From the human T2T-CHM13v2.0 reference genome, Homo sapiens, in NCBI RefSeq assembly GCF_009914755.1, contig NC_060927.1: a stretch of 64,000 nt of DNA; one strand, given 5' to 3'. Every line of letters starts with the position of its first letter. Position 1 is the stretch's first letter. A model generated the notes under the pieces. That model had not been told where the DNA came from, made no database searches, and saw only the letters and a list, made by a program, of their open reading frames with translations. The position numbers and the translations under genes are program-made. Shown here one piece after another: positions 13,833 to 25,504 of this stretch.

Positions 13833-16283
13833 GATATCTGTTTTTCCTGTTATTTGTGAGTTCCTTGTGGATGAGGATGTTGACTAGTTATCTAGGCATT
13901 CTTAACACCAAGCAAAAGTACAATAACTAAGAAAGGCAAGTGAAGACATTTCTCATGAAATTTCAAGTAAGGGCATTTCAAGTTCTTGCACAGCTAAAGT
14001 TTTCAAGGCCCAGTGCCACATTCTCATCTTGGCTGACAATCAGATAAGAGAATTCCTACGTGGCTGCAGCTTTATCAGCTCGGGTGGGTTGCAAAGTCAG
14101 CCACTGAAGATTGGCTGCCTGTTTGTACCTTGTGTTTTCTGCTATAGTTCTCTTTTCCCTTCTTTTGTGCTGTGGAAATATATTAGCAGAGCACTCAGAT
14201 TTCATGTTCAAGGTTAGAATACAGTTATTCCTGCTTTATGTTTCTTCATTCACTCCATCTCTGATTCTGAAAAGGGAGGGAATAGTCAGGTCCATCTTCC
14301 CTCTGAGAGTCTGCTCTGACCACCAGCCTCATGACAAATGTTTGTGATGGACTCTACCAGATAGAACTAAGGAATTGGTGAATGGAGGAGCACAGGCTGT
14401 GTGGACGTCCATATTGATTACAAATATCATAACTGATTTGAACTATATTATTTATATAAATCTCGAAGACTTCTCTAAAAATTTCAATTTCCTAGGTCAA
14501 TGGCCAAAACATATAGTATTGGTTGTGGCAAGAACCAAGAGTCAAGTCAACTAAGTACCAGTTGTATAAATGTTATTTCATTTCATCCTCTAGAGCAATT
14601 CTAGGGAGCTGCATGCCTGTTTATCAGATGAGGGAAAGAGATTCACACGGGCTGGTTAAGCATGTCTAGAATCCCACATTTGCACACATCACAGGCTGTC
14701 TAGCTCTCTGTCCTTGTTGTTTCTACTCTACTGTGCTCTGTGACCTCATTTCTCAGTTTCCTTATTGAGCCTCGTTTAACTGCCCGGTGTCCTATGCGTG
14801 TCCCAGCTCCTCAGTTCCTGCTGGCATGAGCTGGTACATGTGATTTTTGTTCTCTGTCATTGTTTCCTCTTTTGAAGCAATTTGCTGCTTTGACAAGAGA
14901 AGACACAAACCACATTGAGTGCACTTTCTCTTTCAGTGAGAGCGCTCCTTCCTCTCTCACTACACTGGGGTATGGTCACCCCAGAAAACTTCTACTGTTA
15001 TTCTGGTTGGAAGACAAAAATTTGAGACTGTTGCATATTTTTCTTCCCACTAAGACTGAGAAAGAATTATCTCAAGTGAACTAAATTCTGTGGTCATGAA
15101 TAGATCACACTGATTGATTATCCGGGAGGTACTAGATTATTCTCAGAACAGAGTCCTTACCTCCTGTTTTTAGAAAGTCTGAATGTCTGGAGTTTCATCT
15201 AGGAAGAACAGTTAATTAAGGCTTCTTAAAGGTACTGAGACACTACAGTGAAGATCATGTTGGATTCTGCAGCTTGAAAAGAAGCCAGGTGGAGACAAAA
15301 GAGATGGTAAATACCTACTCATAGTGGGCGTGGGCTCGTATCTCTGTGCAGCTCCTCTGTGGCTTTCTGTCCTTCAGATTCATAATGTGCCTGCTGTCAA
15401 AATTCCTACTTGGCATGATAATAAAGGAATACATTATAGAGTTAGGAAGACTCGATTTCCAATCCCAGCTCAGTCACTCATTAGCTCACTGGTTGTGTAT
15501 CTTGGGCAAGTCAATTCACTTTTTAATCGTCTCAGTTGTCTCACATGTATGTAATTAGTATGTGGAATAACCATAATGCTTGGGGTATAATCAAGGTGCA
15601 GCAGTTTTTCTGCCTCCTCCTCCTCGTCTTATACTGTTCTTTTGAACTTTTTTTTTTTTTTTTATTGGAGAAGGGCTTTTCTATGCCGTTATACAAAAGC
15701 TCAGGAGTCTCCATGGCTTTTCTGTTCACTCTCAGAAAACCTGTGTCTACTTTAAATAAAGGAATACGAAATGAACAATAAAACACACTAGTAATTCTGG
15801 AACAACAAGTCCAGCCCAGACGTTAATCATGACTTTAATCTTCATTCAAATATAAGACTTCCCCTGCCTGGGGAAGACCTACATTTCATGGCCACCTGCC
15901 TTCAGGGAAGAGAGTGTGATGACGTGACATTTCTTTCTTGTCCCAGCATTTACTCCTTTCCCTTGTTGGCTAGCAGAGGTTTTGCCCTTGCCAGGGTGAA
16001 AATTTATAGAGCGTGGAGGGCAAAAGAGGATACAAGAAAGTTCTTATGCATCTGACAACTGGTGTTCTCCTTCTCTGGCTCCTTGCTTTTGAGGTCTGGC
16101 AGAGTTTAGAGCCCCCTTGTATTTCTCTCTCAAAGGACACTTTCATGAGCTATTTGGGAATTCCTTTTGCTTAGATCCTTTTTTGCAAAATCCTTAACCT
16201 CCAAGGAGGATCCCTAGCTGTTATCCACTTTTATCTCCTACCTGCTGGGGCCCACTTACCTCTCTAGTTTTAAAAAATGGTCT

Positions 16284-16976
16284 ATGGTAGGCAGAATCCC
16301 AAAATGACCATAAATAAACTTTACCTTTGTATAATTCCCTCCCCTTGAAAGTGAGTGGAATCTTAGACTATGATGAGATATGACTTCTGTGATTGTTACA
16401 CTACATGGGAAAAAAAGATCTGCACATGCAACTAATGTTAATTCTTTAGTTGACTTTGTACTTAAGTATAGGTTACTTTTGCAATCACTTGACTTTGAGT
16501 TAAACAAAAGGGAGAATATTCAAGTTAGCTGCATCTAATCACACAAACCCTTTAAATCTGGGCCTAGAGGTCAGAGACAGAGGAAGTCATATATTTGAAG
16601 TGTGAGAGGGATTTTCTGTTGCTGGTTTTTAAGATGGATGAGGCCATGTGGTAAGTAATGTGGGTGGCATTTAGGAGCTAAGAGCAGCCCCAGCTGATAG
16701 CTAGCAAGGAAACAAGGACTTTCATTCTAGAGCAGCAAGTAACTGAATTTGGCCAACAACCTGAATGAGCTTGGGAGCAGATTCTTCCCTGGGGCCTCTG
16801 GAAAGGAATGCAGCTCAGCTGGTACCTTGATTATAGCTCCTTAAGGCCCTGAACAGAAAACTGAGTTATGCTGTGCCTGGACTTCTGACCTGCAGAAATG
16901 TAAGCTAGTAAATGAATGGCATTTTAAAGCACTAAGTTTGTGATACTTTGTTACACAGCATTGGAAAACTAATACA
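16284..16976 (+). mobile_element. MLT1D/E-type solo LTR
   Basis: tatggtaggcagaat start; gcaaggaaacaaggact...aacaacctgaatgagcttgg; cactaagtttg...aaactaataca end. Confidence 0.85.
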
Positions 16977-17706
16977 GTGCCTAAGAGGAGCCTGTGCTGC
17001 CTGTTTTATGCATACCACTATTGTTGGGTGCCTGGAAAATACATATCCTTTGCACTGACAAAACCTGCAAATGCACACCTTTACTAATGCACTGAACTTC
17101 AGAAAGCACTAAATCGACTTGCCAGGTTGTGTTCCCTGTCCTCCACTATTTAGAGGACAAGGGTCATATTTCAGTACACTGACTATCCAGGAGACACATA
17201 TTAGCCTTCCTGAGTGATTCATACAAAGACCTTCCTCATCACTGAACTTGAGTCTGCATGCTTGAGTGAGTAAGGGAAACTGGTCTGCCAATTCTCTCTG
17301 TTCCCTGTAGGGACTTTGAGGAACTTCCCCAGGAGTCCCTGATTCATCTTTTGTTCTTCCAGGGATTAGCAAAAGTCAGTGTGGCAAGCTCTATGAGGGC
17401 ACAGAAATGAAGAGAGGATGGGTTAGGGTTTTGACTTTTCACCAGTCCACACGTCTTTAGAAAACTTGGAAGTCTTCTCATAGACAGCCTGGTTTTATTT
17501 CTGTCTTTTCTAAATCCCCTGGCTTCGTGAATAATGCCCCACAAATGACTAGAGTAAACCAGTCTTGGAAAATGGCTGGCAGTGAGGGAGGCCACTTGTT
17601 GAATTGACCCTGGTTTCCCAGATGGTCTCAAATGGTTACTCTTGGCAGTCTAGGGATGTTTCTTGGTTGGGGAAAGGAGGTAGTCAGAACATAGCTTTTT
17701 CTAGAT

Positions 17707-17890
17707 CAGTGGTTCTCAAACTCTGGCCTGCATCAGAATCACCTGAAGGCTTATTAAAACAGAAATTACTGGGCCTCACTCCCAGAGTTTCTGATTCAGT
17801 GGGTCTGCTGTGGGGTCTGATAATTTACATTTCTAATAAGTTGCTAAATTATTAATGCTGCTAGTCTGGAGGCTGCATTTTGAATATCAT
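17707..17890. mobile_element. MER5A hAT-Charlie MITE
   Basis: cagtggttctcaaa...catcagaatcacctg...cccagagtttctgattcagt. Confidence 0.9.
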
Positions 17891-18869
17891 TTCTCTGTAG
17901 ATATATTTCAAAGGAAATGTTCTTTTTCCATATTCTAACCTTTTTTCATATCTGTGATTTGCCTATAGAAGCCAATCCATGTGGAAATAGTTCTCAAACA
18001 TTTCCTTTTATATCCAGCATTTTGTCTGGCATCTAACTTCGGCATGTACACCTGTTGCGTCTTGGTGCCTTCCTCAAAACTTAATTTTAACATCTTGTTT
18101 TCGGTAAAAAGTGGAAAACAGTAACTACTTTTTGGGCAGATTGTGATCATTAAATAAGTTGGTATATAGAGAAGAAATACATGTTGGCACCCTTATCTGT
18201 GCTTCCCAGCCCAACTGCTTGCTGAATTTGGGGTGGGATTTGAGAGTTTAAAGACCACTGTACACAATAATTAATTTTTGAAGGAATTGATCCTGGGAGG
18301 GCAGGTAATCAGTTCTTTTGAGAAGGCATTAAGAGGATATGGGAAGTAGATGTTTTACTGATTTCTCAGTGGCCTGCAGCTTGTGAAATAACAAACCTGA
18401 TCCTGAAAAGTGACTGTAAAGTTATCAAAAAAATTATTTGGATCATACATCCTTAATCCCAAAAGAACTCCCAAGAGAATCTCCCAAAGGACAATACTTA
18501 ATGCATGCACTGTCCTCTGAGCCCACAGGCTTCTCACATAGCTGTGAAGAGTCCAGCACTTAGCTGAGGCCTCAGCGGCTATGACATGGCTTCAAACAAG
18601 CCATCTGCAAAATATCTAGAAAGACAAGTGTGTACCATCTTCTTTCTTTCTGGTCTCTAATTTATTGGCAGAGAAATGTTAAGTGGATTTTTTTTAAAGC
18701 ATCACCATATTGCAGAAACAGATTGAAGGAAGATGGATTTGGGGGAATAGAATTTGCTACAGGAGAGAATCCAGGTCCTGAGAATGAAGGCATGTGACTG
18801 AGGCTACAGCCCGTGCAATCTCCCTGAATAAAGTGAAAGCTTCTTAACTATGAAGAGCCATAACACAAG

Positions 18870-19075
18870 CACCATTTCTTGAGCAGTTACTTTGTGCAAA
18901 ATCCTGTGCTACATGCTTTTTATAAATTGTTTAACTTTTAACAAATGCATGAGTTAATTACTATTATTATTCCAGTTTTACAAGTAGGGCAATACACATA
19001 GTCTTTTTAAGGTTGCACAGCTATGAAGTGGTGAAGTCAGAATTTGAAACTGTGGTTAGTCAGACTCCAAGCTGT
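18870..19075 (-). mobile_element. MIR SINE
   Basis: ttgagcagttactttgtgc...tattattccagttttaca...aaggttgcacagct...cagactccaa. Confidence 0.7.
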
Positions 19076-19125
19076 AGAAAACTTAAAATGAGATCAAGCA
19101 TTATTGTTCAAATTTACTAACCCCA

Positions 19126-19504
19126 TGTTATGAACTGAATTGTGTTCTGCACAAACTAACATGTGGAAGCCCTAACCCTCAATGTGACTGTCAGCCTTTA
19201 AAAAGGCAATTAATATTAAAGAGGTCATAAAGGTGGGGCATTAATCAAATATGATGGTATCCTCATAAAAAGAGGAAGAGACACTCGGAATTCACATGCA
19301 TAGATTGAAAACCCTTTGAGGACACAACAAGAAGGTGGCCATCTACAATCCAAGAAGACAGGCCTCAGGGGAAACTAAACCTGCTGATACCTTGAACTTG
19401 GACTTCCAGTCTCCAGCCTCTACAAGAGTGAGCAAATACATATTTTTTGTTTAAGCCAACCACTCTGTGGTATTTCATTATGGCAGCCCTAGCAAACTAG
19501 TGTA
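19126..19504 (+). mobile_element. MLT1B-type LTR
   Basis: tgttatgaactgaattgtgt start; gaggtcataaaggtgggg; tttaagcca...atggcagccctagcaaact end. Confidence 0.85.
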
Positions 19505-19915
19505 CCATGCCACCTTGATGGGTGGAGTGTACTTTGCTATCCCCTGACTTTGTGTTTGGTGATAGAATAGTCTTTGGTTGGTGGAATGTTAGTAGACTTG
19601 ATATATCGAGTAGAGACTTAAAAAACATCTGGGTAGTTTGACTTGCTCTCTTAAACCTGTGACTGTGAGAAGAACATACTCTGCCTAGGCGGTTCAAGGA
19701 AAATGAGAGACACATGGAGTATAGCCTTGCAGCTTGAAGTAGAGGTACCTGGCTGAACCCAGCCTATGTCAGGCAACTGTCAGATGCAGTGGTTTGAAGC
19801 CAAGCTGCCTGCAACTGGCCCCTATACCCATGACAGTAAATGATCATTGTCTTAAGCTCCTGAGTTTGGGGGTGTTCTGTTACACAGCATTACTGTGGCA
19901 GTAGCTAACTGATCA
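19505..19915 (+). mobile_element. MLT1G/H-type LTR
   Basis: cccctgactttgtgtttgg...gtgagaagaacat...ctgagtttggggg...gttacacagcattactgtggcagtagctaactga. Confidence 0.7.
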
Positions 19916-20139
19916 TTAATCAAAGGTCGGAATAGGAAACTTTACAATGTTTCTGCACAATAATTTATCTGGCCATTCATTAGAGAGAAGGTGGATAAGT
20001 AATACCTCTAATAATTCTTCCAACAATTCAAATTAGGAGAAGAAGTTACATTTCTCTAAAAGTATAAATAAAGTGGATTGAACTATTATTTATATCTCTT
20101 CCAGGACAATATTTGAGAAAAAGAAAGAGAAGAGGATGG

Positions 20140-21000
20140 ACTTTTTAGACTCAGCTATACTGCTGAGTTCAAATGTCTTGGAACTTAGTAGCTGTGAGTG
20201 ACCTGGCACAAGTTATAACGTCTCATTAAAATTCAGTTTTTCTATCTGTAAAATGGAGATGCTAATAATATTATCCTTTTTACCCGCATTGGTCCTGATT
20301 CCCTAATTGGAAAATTCTGACTCAGAGTGTCTACTTATGGTCAAGAAATCTTGAAGGGACAGAGGTAGGGTATGTTTGAGAAACACAAACTTTTAGGGAA
20401 TTGATTTGGTATCCAGGTATGTGGAGATATTTAGCCCAGAGGAACCAGCAGTACAGGATGAGGCTGCTTTTCTTGCTGCCCTGTGTTGATTTTAGTTTTG
20501 AATCCTTAGTATGCAGCCTGAGGGAGAAGATTGTAATCCCAGACCTTCAGAGATGGAAGAGCCTACCTGGGTATTATAGAGTACAGGAGTTTTCTCAATC
20601 TTGATTGACTTGAAAGCTCTAGATCAACAAGTTGGGGTCCTGATTAATAATTCAGATTCCATGTTTCAGAAGTTATTTGTGTTGTGACCTGGGAAAAACT
20701 ACTTAGTGTTTTTTTTTTGAGTGTTTGTTTCTTGATTTGTAGAAAGAGGTTAATAGTACTGTGTCCCTTACAGTGTAAAGATTTCTGTAATTATTAAAAT
20801 CACATTAAACCAAGGCTACTATAAAGCTTTTAGTACAGCATCGAGCTGCCAAAGAGTCCTCACAAATATAATTTTGAAATATTTCATTTATTCACTCCTA
20901 TCCCCTCCTTTTGCAGATAAGTAAACTGAGGTTCCCTGAGGCAAGCTGACCTTCCCAAAGTCACAGGACTCTAAATGTCATAGCTAAGACTAGAAAATCT
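20140..21000. mobile_element. Cluster of MIR fragments
   Basis: MIR cores at ~20140-20280 (+), ~20620-20870 (+) and ~20880-21000 (-): ctgtaaaatggag, gtgacctggg, gcagataagtaaactgagg. Confidence 0.6.
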
Positions 21001-21428
21001 TTGCAAATGACAGCTACATAATGAAGAGACATTCTCACCTGTTCACATTTTAAGATGCATGTGTATCCTGGAGGCCCAGGAAAGAAGTCTAGAATTATAC
21101 ATTATCAATATTGAAAATGATCCAGCATCTAGCCTGTCACTATTGCAAGAATACTCTCTATAGTTTCTATCAGTAGCTTGGGTTCACCTGTTTTACCACC
21201 AGTGACAGGATTCTCATTACCTACTGTGTCAACACATTCCATCTTGAACAGCTTGTTAGAAAACTGTTCTTTATATTGAGCCTTAATACAACTTCCACTT
21301 CTGAAATGACACAGAATGAATGAATGAATTAAATGAATCTAATGCTTCTTTTTAATTTTTTTACAGCATGGCCTTTCAATATTTGAAGACAGCTCTTGTG
21401 TCTCATGCTCTCATCAATTATTCCATCC

Positions 21429-21648
21429 ATAAATTGTTTAGGTCAATTTAGGTTGAGTTTTCCATTTATTACCACTAAAAGAATCCTGATACACACTATT
21501 CAATACACACTTGCTGAATAAGTGTGTATTGAACCGTGTGTGTCAGGATTCAATACACACTTATTCAGCAAGTGTGTATTGAACAGTGTGTATCAGGAGT
21601 CTTCTAGTGGTAATTCGTGGAAAACTCAAATTGACCTAAATAATTTAT
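21429..21648. repeat. Nested inverted repeat (~100-bp arms, each with an internal 14-bp-stem hairpin)
   Basis: 21429-21533 is the near reverse complement of 21549-21648; inner 35-mers ttcaatacacactt-gctgaat-aagtgtgtattgaa and ttcaatacacactt-attcagc-aagtgtgtattgaa. Confidence 0.95.
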
Positions 21649-21654
21649 TCATTA

Positions 21655-21910
21655 ATTTATCCACTCATTCATTCATCTATTTGGCAAATTCTTACTGAGT
21701 ACATTTTATGTTTCAGACATGTTCTGGATGCTGAGGATAGAACAGTAAATAAAACAGTCTGTAGCCACGAGGAGCTTGCCTTCTAGTGTGTGAAGATAGA
21801 GAAACAACAAATTAATGTGTTCATCTCAATGAATACATATGCAATATTTCAGGTGATAAGTGATATGGAAAAAACTAAGCAGAATGAAGGGCACAGAGAA
21901 TGCCAAGGAG
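21655..21910 (-). mobile_element. L2 3' end
   Basis: cattcattcat...tactgagtac...gctgaggatagaacagtaaataaaaca...ggagcttgccttctagt. Confidence 0.8.
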
Positions 21911-22249
21911 TAGGGATATGGGAGTGTGAAGTATTTAACTGAAAATTTAAGAGGCAGGGCCCAATTTATTTCTCCATCTTCTTTCATCCGTGATTCTCTC
22001 AGGTCTGCTTTGTGCTAGACTGGCTTTCCTGATGGGAGCAATTTGGCTGCCAGTGGACCAGGGCTATGTGGACCAGTCTATTTTCTCATTTATGTCAAGG
22101 CAGTTAGGTGTTAGTTTGTATAAGCTAACAGGAATTCTGAGCTTCACTTTGAAAAAACCATCCCTGAACTCTGTGTCCAGGGGGAATATCATTCACTGAT
22201 TATCTTTGCCCTTGACATATTCTCACACAAACTTATAGAGGGATATGTC

Positions 22250-22600
22250 TGATATAGTTTGGCTCTGTGTCCCCACCCAAATCTTATCTTGAATTGTACA
22301 TCCATAATTCCCACGTGTTTTGAGAGGGACACAGTAGGAGATCATTTGAATCATGGGAGCGGTTTCCCCCATACTGTTCTCATGGTAGTTAATAAGTCTC
22401 ATGAGATCTGATGGGTTTATCAGGGGTTTCCACTTTTGCTTCTTCCTCATTTTCTCTTACTGCCACCATGTAAGAAGTGCCTTTCACCTCTCGCCATGAT
22501 TCTGAGGCCTCCCCAGCCACGTGGAACTGTAAGCCCAATTAAACCTCTTTTTCTCCCAGACTTGGGTATTTTATCAGCAGCATGAAAATGGACTAATACA
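22250..22600 (+). mobile_element. THE1A 5' LTR
   Basis: tgatatagtttggctctgtgtccccacccaaatc...ggactaataca; THE1A-type ttttgcttcttcctcattttctctt. Confidence 0.9.
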
Positions 22601-22605
22601 GTAAA

Positions 22606-22923
22606 TTGGTACCAGTAGAGTGCGGCATTGCTGAAAAGAAACTCGAAAATGTGGAAGCAACTTTGGAACTGGGTAACAGGCAGGGTTGGAATAGTTTGGA
22701 GGGCTCAGGAGAAGACAGGAAAATGTGGGAAACTTTGGAACTTCCTAGAGTCTTGCTGAATGGCTTTGACAAAAATGCTAATAGTGATATGAACAATAAG
22801 GTCCAGACTGAGGTGGTCTCAGATGGAGATGATGAACTTGTTGGGAACTGGAACAATGGTGACTCTTGTTATGTTTTAGCAAAGACACTGGTAGCATTTT
22901 GCCCCTGCCCTAGAGATTTGTGA
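22606..22923 (+). pseudogene. Relic of the MaLR internal gag-like ORF (prematurely stopped)
   Basis: Translation ENVEATLELGNRQGWNSLEGSGEDRKMWETLELPR...AFCPCPRDL matches the remembered THE1-int ORF; stop at 22921-22923. Confidence 0.7.
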
Positions 22924-24137
22924 AACTTTGAACTTGAGAGAGATGATTTAGGGTATCTGGTGGAAGAAATTTCTAAGCAGCAAAGCATGCAAGAGGTGAC
23001 TTTGGTGCTGTTAAAGGCATTCAGTTTTAAAAGGGAAACAGAGCATAAAAATTTAGAAAATTTGCAGCCTGACAATGCAATAGAATAGAAAATATTATTT
23101 TCTGAGTTGAAATTCAAGCCAGCTGCTGAAATTTGCACAAGTAACGAGGAGCTCAATTTTAATCCCCAAGGCAATGGAGAAAATGTCTCCAAGACATGTC
23201 AGAGGTCTTCACAGCAGCCCCTCCCATCACAAGCCCAGAGGCTGAGGAGGAAAGTGGTTTTGTGGGCCGGCCCCAGGGTCCCTGTGCTGTGTGCCACCTA
23301 AGGACTTGGTGCCCTGCATCCCAGCAGCTCCAGCTGTGGTTGAAAGGGGCCAGTGTAGAGCTTGGGCTGTGGCTTCAGAGGGTGCAAACCCCAAGTCTTG
23401 GCAGCTTCTATGTGGGTGTTGAGCCTGAGAGTGTACAGAAGTCAGGGATTGGGGTTTGGGAAGCTCTGCCTAGATTTCAGAAGATGTATGGAAATGCCTG
23501 GATGCCCAGGCATAGTTGCTGCAGAGGTGGGGCTCTCATGGAGAACCTCCACTAGGGCAGTGAGAAAGGGAAAAGTGGGGTCAGAGCCCCCACACAGAGT
23601 CCCTACTGAGGTACAACCTAGTGGTGCTGTGAGAAGAGGGCCACCGTCCTCCAGACCCCAGAATGGTAGATCCAATGACAGCTTGCACCATGTGCCTGGA
23701 AAAGCTGCAGACATGCAGCACCAGTCCACAAAGCAGCTAGGAGGGAGGCTGTACCCTGAAGAGCCACGGGGCAGAGCTGCCCAAGACCATGGTAACCCAT
23801 CTATTCCATTAGAGTGGCCTGGATATGAGACATGGAGTCAAAGGAGATCATTTTGAAGCATTAAGATTTGACTGCCCTGCTGGATTTCGGACTTGCATGG
23901 GCACTATAACCCCTTTGTTTTGGCTATTTTCTCCCATTTTATATCTAGGAAGAAACTAGCTTGCTTTTGATTTTACAGGCTTATAGGCAGAGGAAATTTG
24001 CCTTGTCTCTGGTGAGACTTCGGACTGTGGATTTTTGGGTTAATGCTGAAATGAGTTAAGACTTTGGGGGACTGTTGGGAAGGCATGATTGGTTTTGAAA
24101 TGTGAGGACATGAGATTTGGAGGGGTCAGGGGCAGAA

Positions 24138-24492
24138 TCATATGGTTTGACTCTGTGTCCCCACCCAAATCTCATTTTGAATTGTACTCCCATAATTCCC
24201 ACATGTTTCGGGAGGGACACGGTGGGAGAGAATTTGAATCACGGGGGCAGTTTCCCCCATACTGTTCTTGTCGTAGTGAACAAGTCTCGCCAGATCTGAT
24301 GGTTTTATCAGGTGTTTCTGCTTTCGCATCTTCCTCATTTTCTCTTGTTACCACCAAGTAAAAAGTGCCTTTCACCTCCTGCCATGATTCTGAGGCCTCC
24401 CCAGCCGTGGGGAACTGTAAGTCCAATTAAACCTCTTTTTCTTCCCAGTTTCAGATATGTCTTTATCAGCAGTGTGAAAATGAACTAATATA
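24138..24492 (+). mobile_element. THE1A 3' LTR
   Basis: Colinear with 22250-22600; aattaaa poly(A)-signal region; ends aactaatata. Confidence 0.9.
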
Positions 24493-24781
24493 GTGTCTAT
24501 GCCTAAAATTGGAAGTGTGCTCAAAGTCATCCAAAGCATATGACTGGCAGGCAACAGGGAAGTGTGGACTCTATGAACAGAAGGCAACTATGTTATCCAT
24601 TACAGATACTATATCGAGGCACTCAGGGCTTACAAAGATAAATAAAACATGGCCCCTGACCTTAAGAGGGGTTGCAACTTAATGGTGAGAAACTGATTAA
24701 TAGATTAATTCTATAACAGGGATAATAATTCAAGTTGGTCCAAAATAATCATCAGTCTCGTGGAGGTATGGAAATAGGGAT

Positions 24782-25414
24782 TGTAGAAGAGTCATTCTAA
24801 AATAGTCAATATTCCAGATGTCCATGTTCATGTCCTTGCTTTTTACTTCCTCATCAGAAACAACCTTACACATGCAAGTTAAAGTGCTCTTTAATTTGAG
24901 GGGAGCATATTACACTACTCCATGTGACTTGCTTTAGCCAGTGGAATATCAGCAGACCTGAGGCCAGTAGAGGCTTTCAAGCAATTCTCCTGCCTCAGCC
25001 TTCTGAGTAGCTGGGATTACAGGCACCCACCACCACCCTTTGCTAATTTTTGTATTTTTAGTAGAGACAGGGTTTCACCATCTTGGCCAGGTTGGCATCG
25101 AACTCCTGACTTCATGATCCACCAGCCTTGCTGGATCATGAGCAAGGAAAAGCATTGCTCATTTGGGCTTCTTCCTTTATTCCACCACCACCTTGAGAAT
25201 GATGTGCCTGGGTTAGCTTGCTTGTCACAGGGGAGAGAAGAGAAACAAATGGACAGAATCACCCCAGCTGAACCACCTCCATGGAATCTAGCCTCAGTCA
25301 GCTGACCCCAGTCAACATCCAGATACATGAGCTAAATAAGTGCTCATTTAGAGTACTCTAAGGTTTTGTAGTTGTTTGTTATGCAGCATTATTGTGATGT
25401 TAGATGACAGACAC
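24782..25414 (+). mobile_element. MLT1G/H-type LTR interrupted by Alu fragment
   Basis: ccatgtgacttgctttagccagtggaat before the Alu; catgagctaaataa...gttgtttgttatgcagcatt...gacagacaca end. Confidence 0.65.
24976..25130 (-). mobile_element. Internal Alu fragment (S/Y-type), truncated at both ends
   Basis: ttcaagcaattctcctgcctcagcc...tttttgtatttttagtagagacagggtttcacca...tgatccacc; no poly(T) or TSD visible. Confidence 0.9.
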
Positions 25415-25504
25415 AGGCTTGAAGTACAGTGTTCGTTGAGATAGAAAGTGTTCTAAATTATTTTAGTTCCCATTTAACATAGCAGAAGTAGGTCTGGTGG
25501 ACTA

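Larger units (their letters stand above)
22250..24492 (+). mobile_element. Full-length THE1A-type MaLR provirus (LTR-int-LTR)
   Basis: Two homologous ~350-bp LTRs flanking a ~1.54-kb internal region that starts gtaaattggtacc and ends in the purine tract ggaggggtcaggggcagaa; 5-bp TSD atgtc/gtgtc. Confidence 0.95.

Noticed and set aside
21499-21583. Assignment to a named microRNA
   Set aside because: I do not recognise a mature miRNA sequence; this needs a miRBase search
21482-21598. CRISPR-like or viral-terminus interpretation of the repeated palindromes
   Set aside because: Only two units, no unique spacers, no cas or viral genes, and a mammalian repeat context
23107-23856. Overlapping 64-164 aa ORFs
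   Set aside because: They lie in the GC-rich THE1 internal region and are frameshifted relics or chance frames
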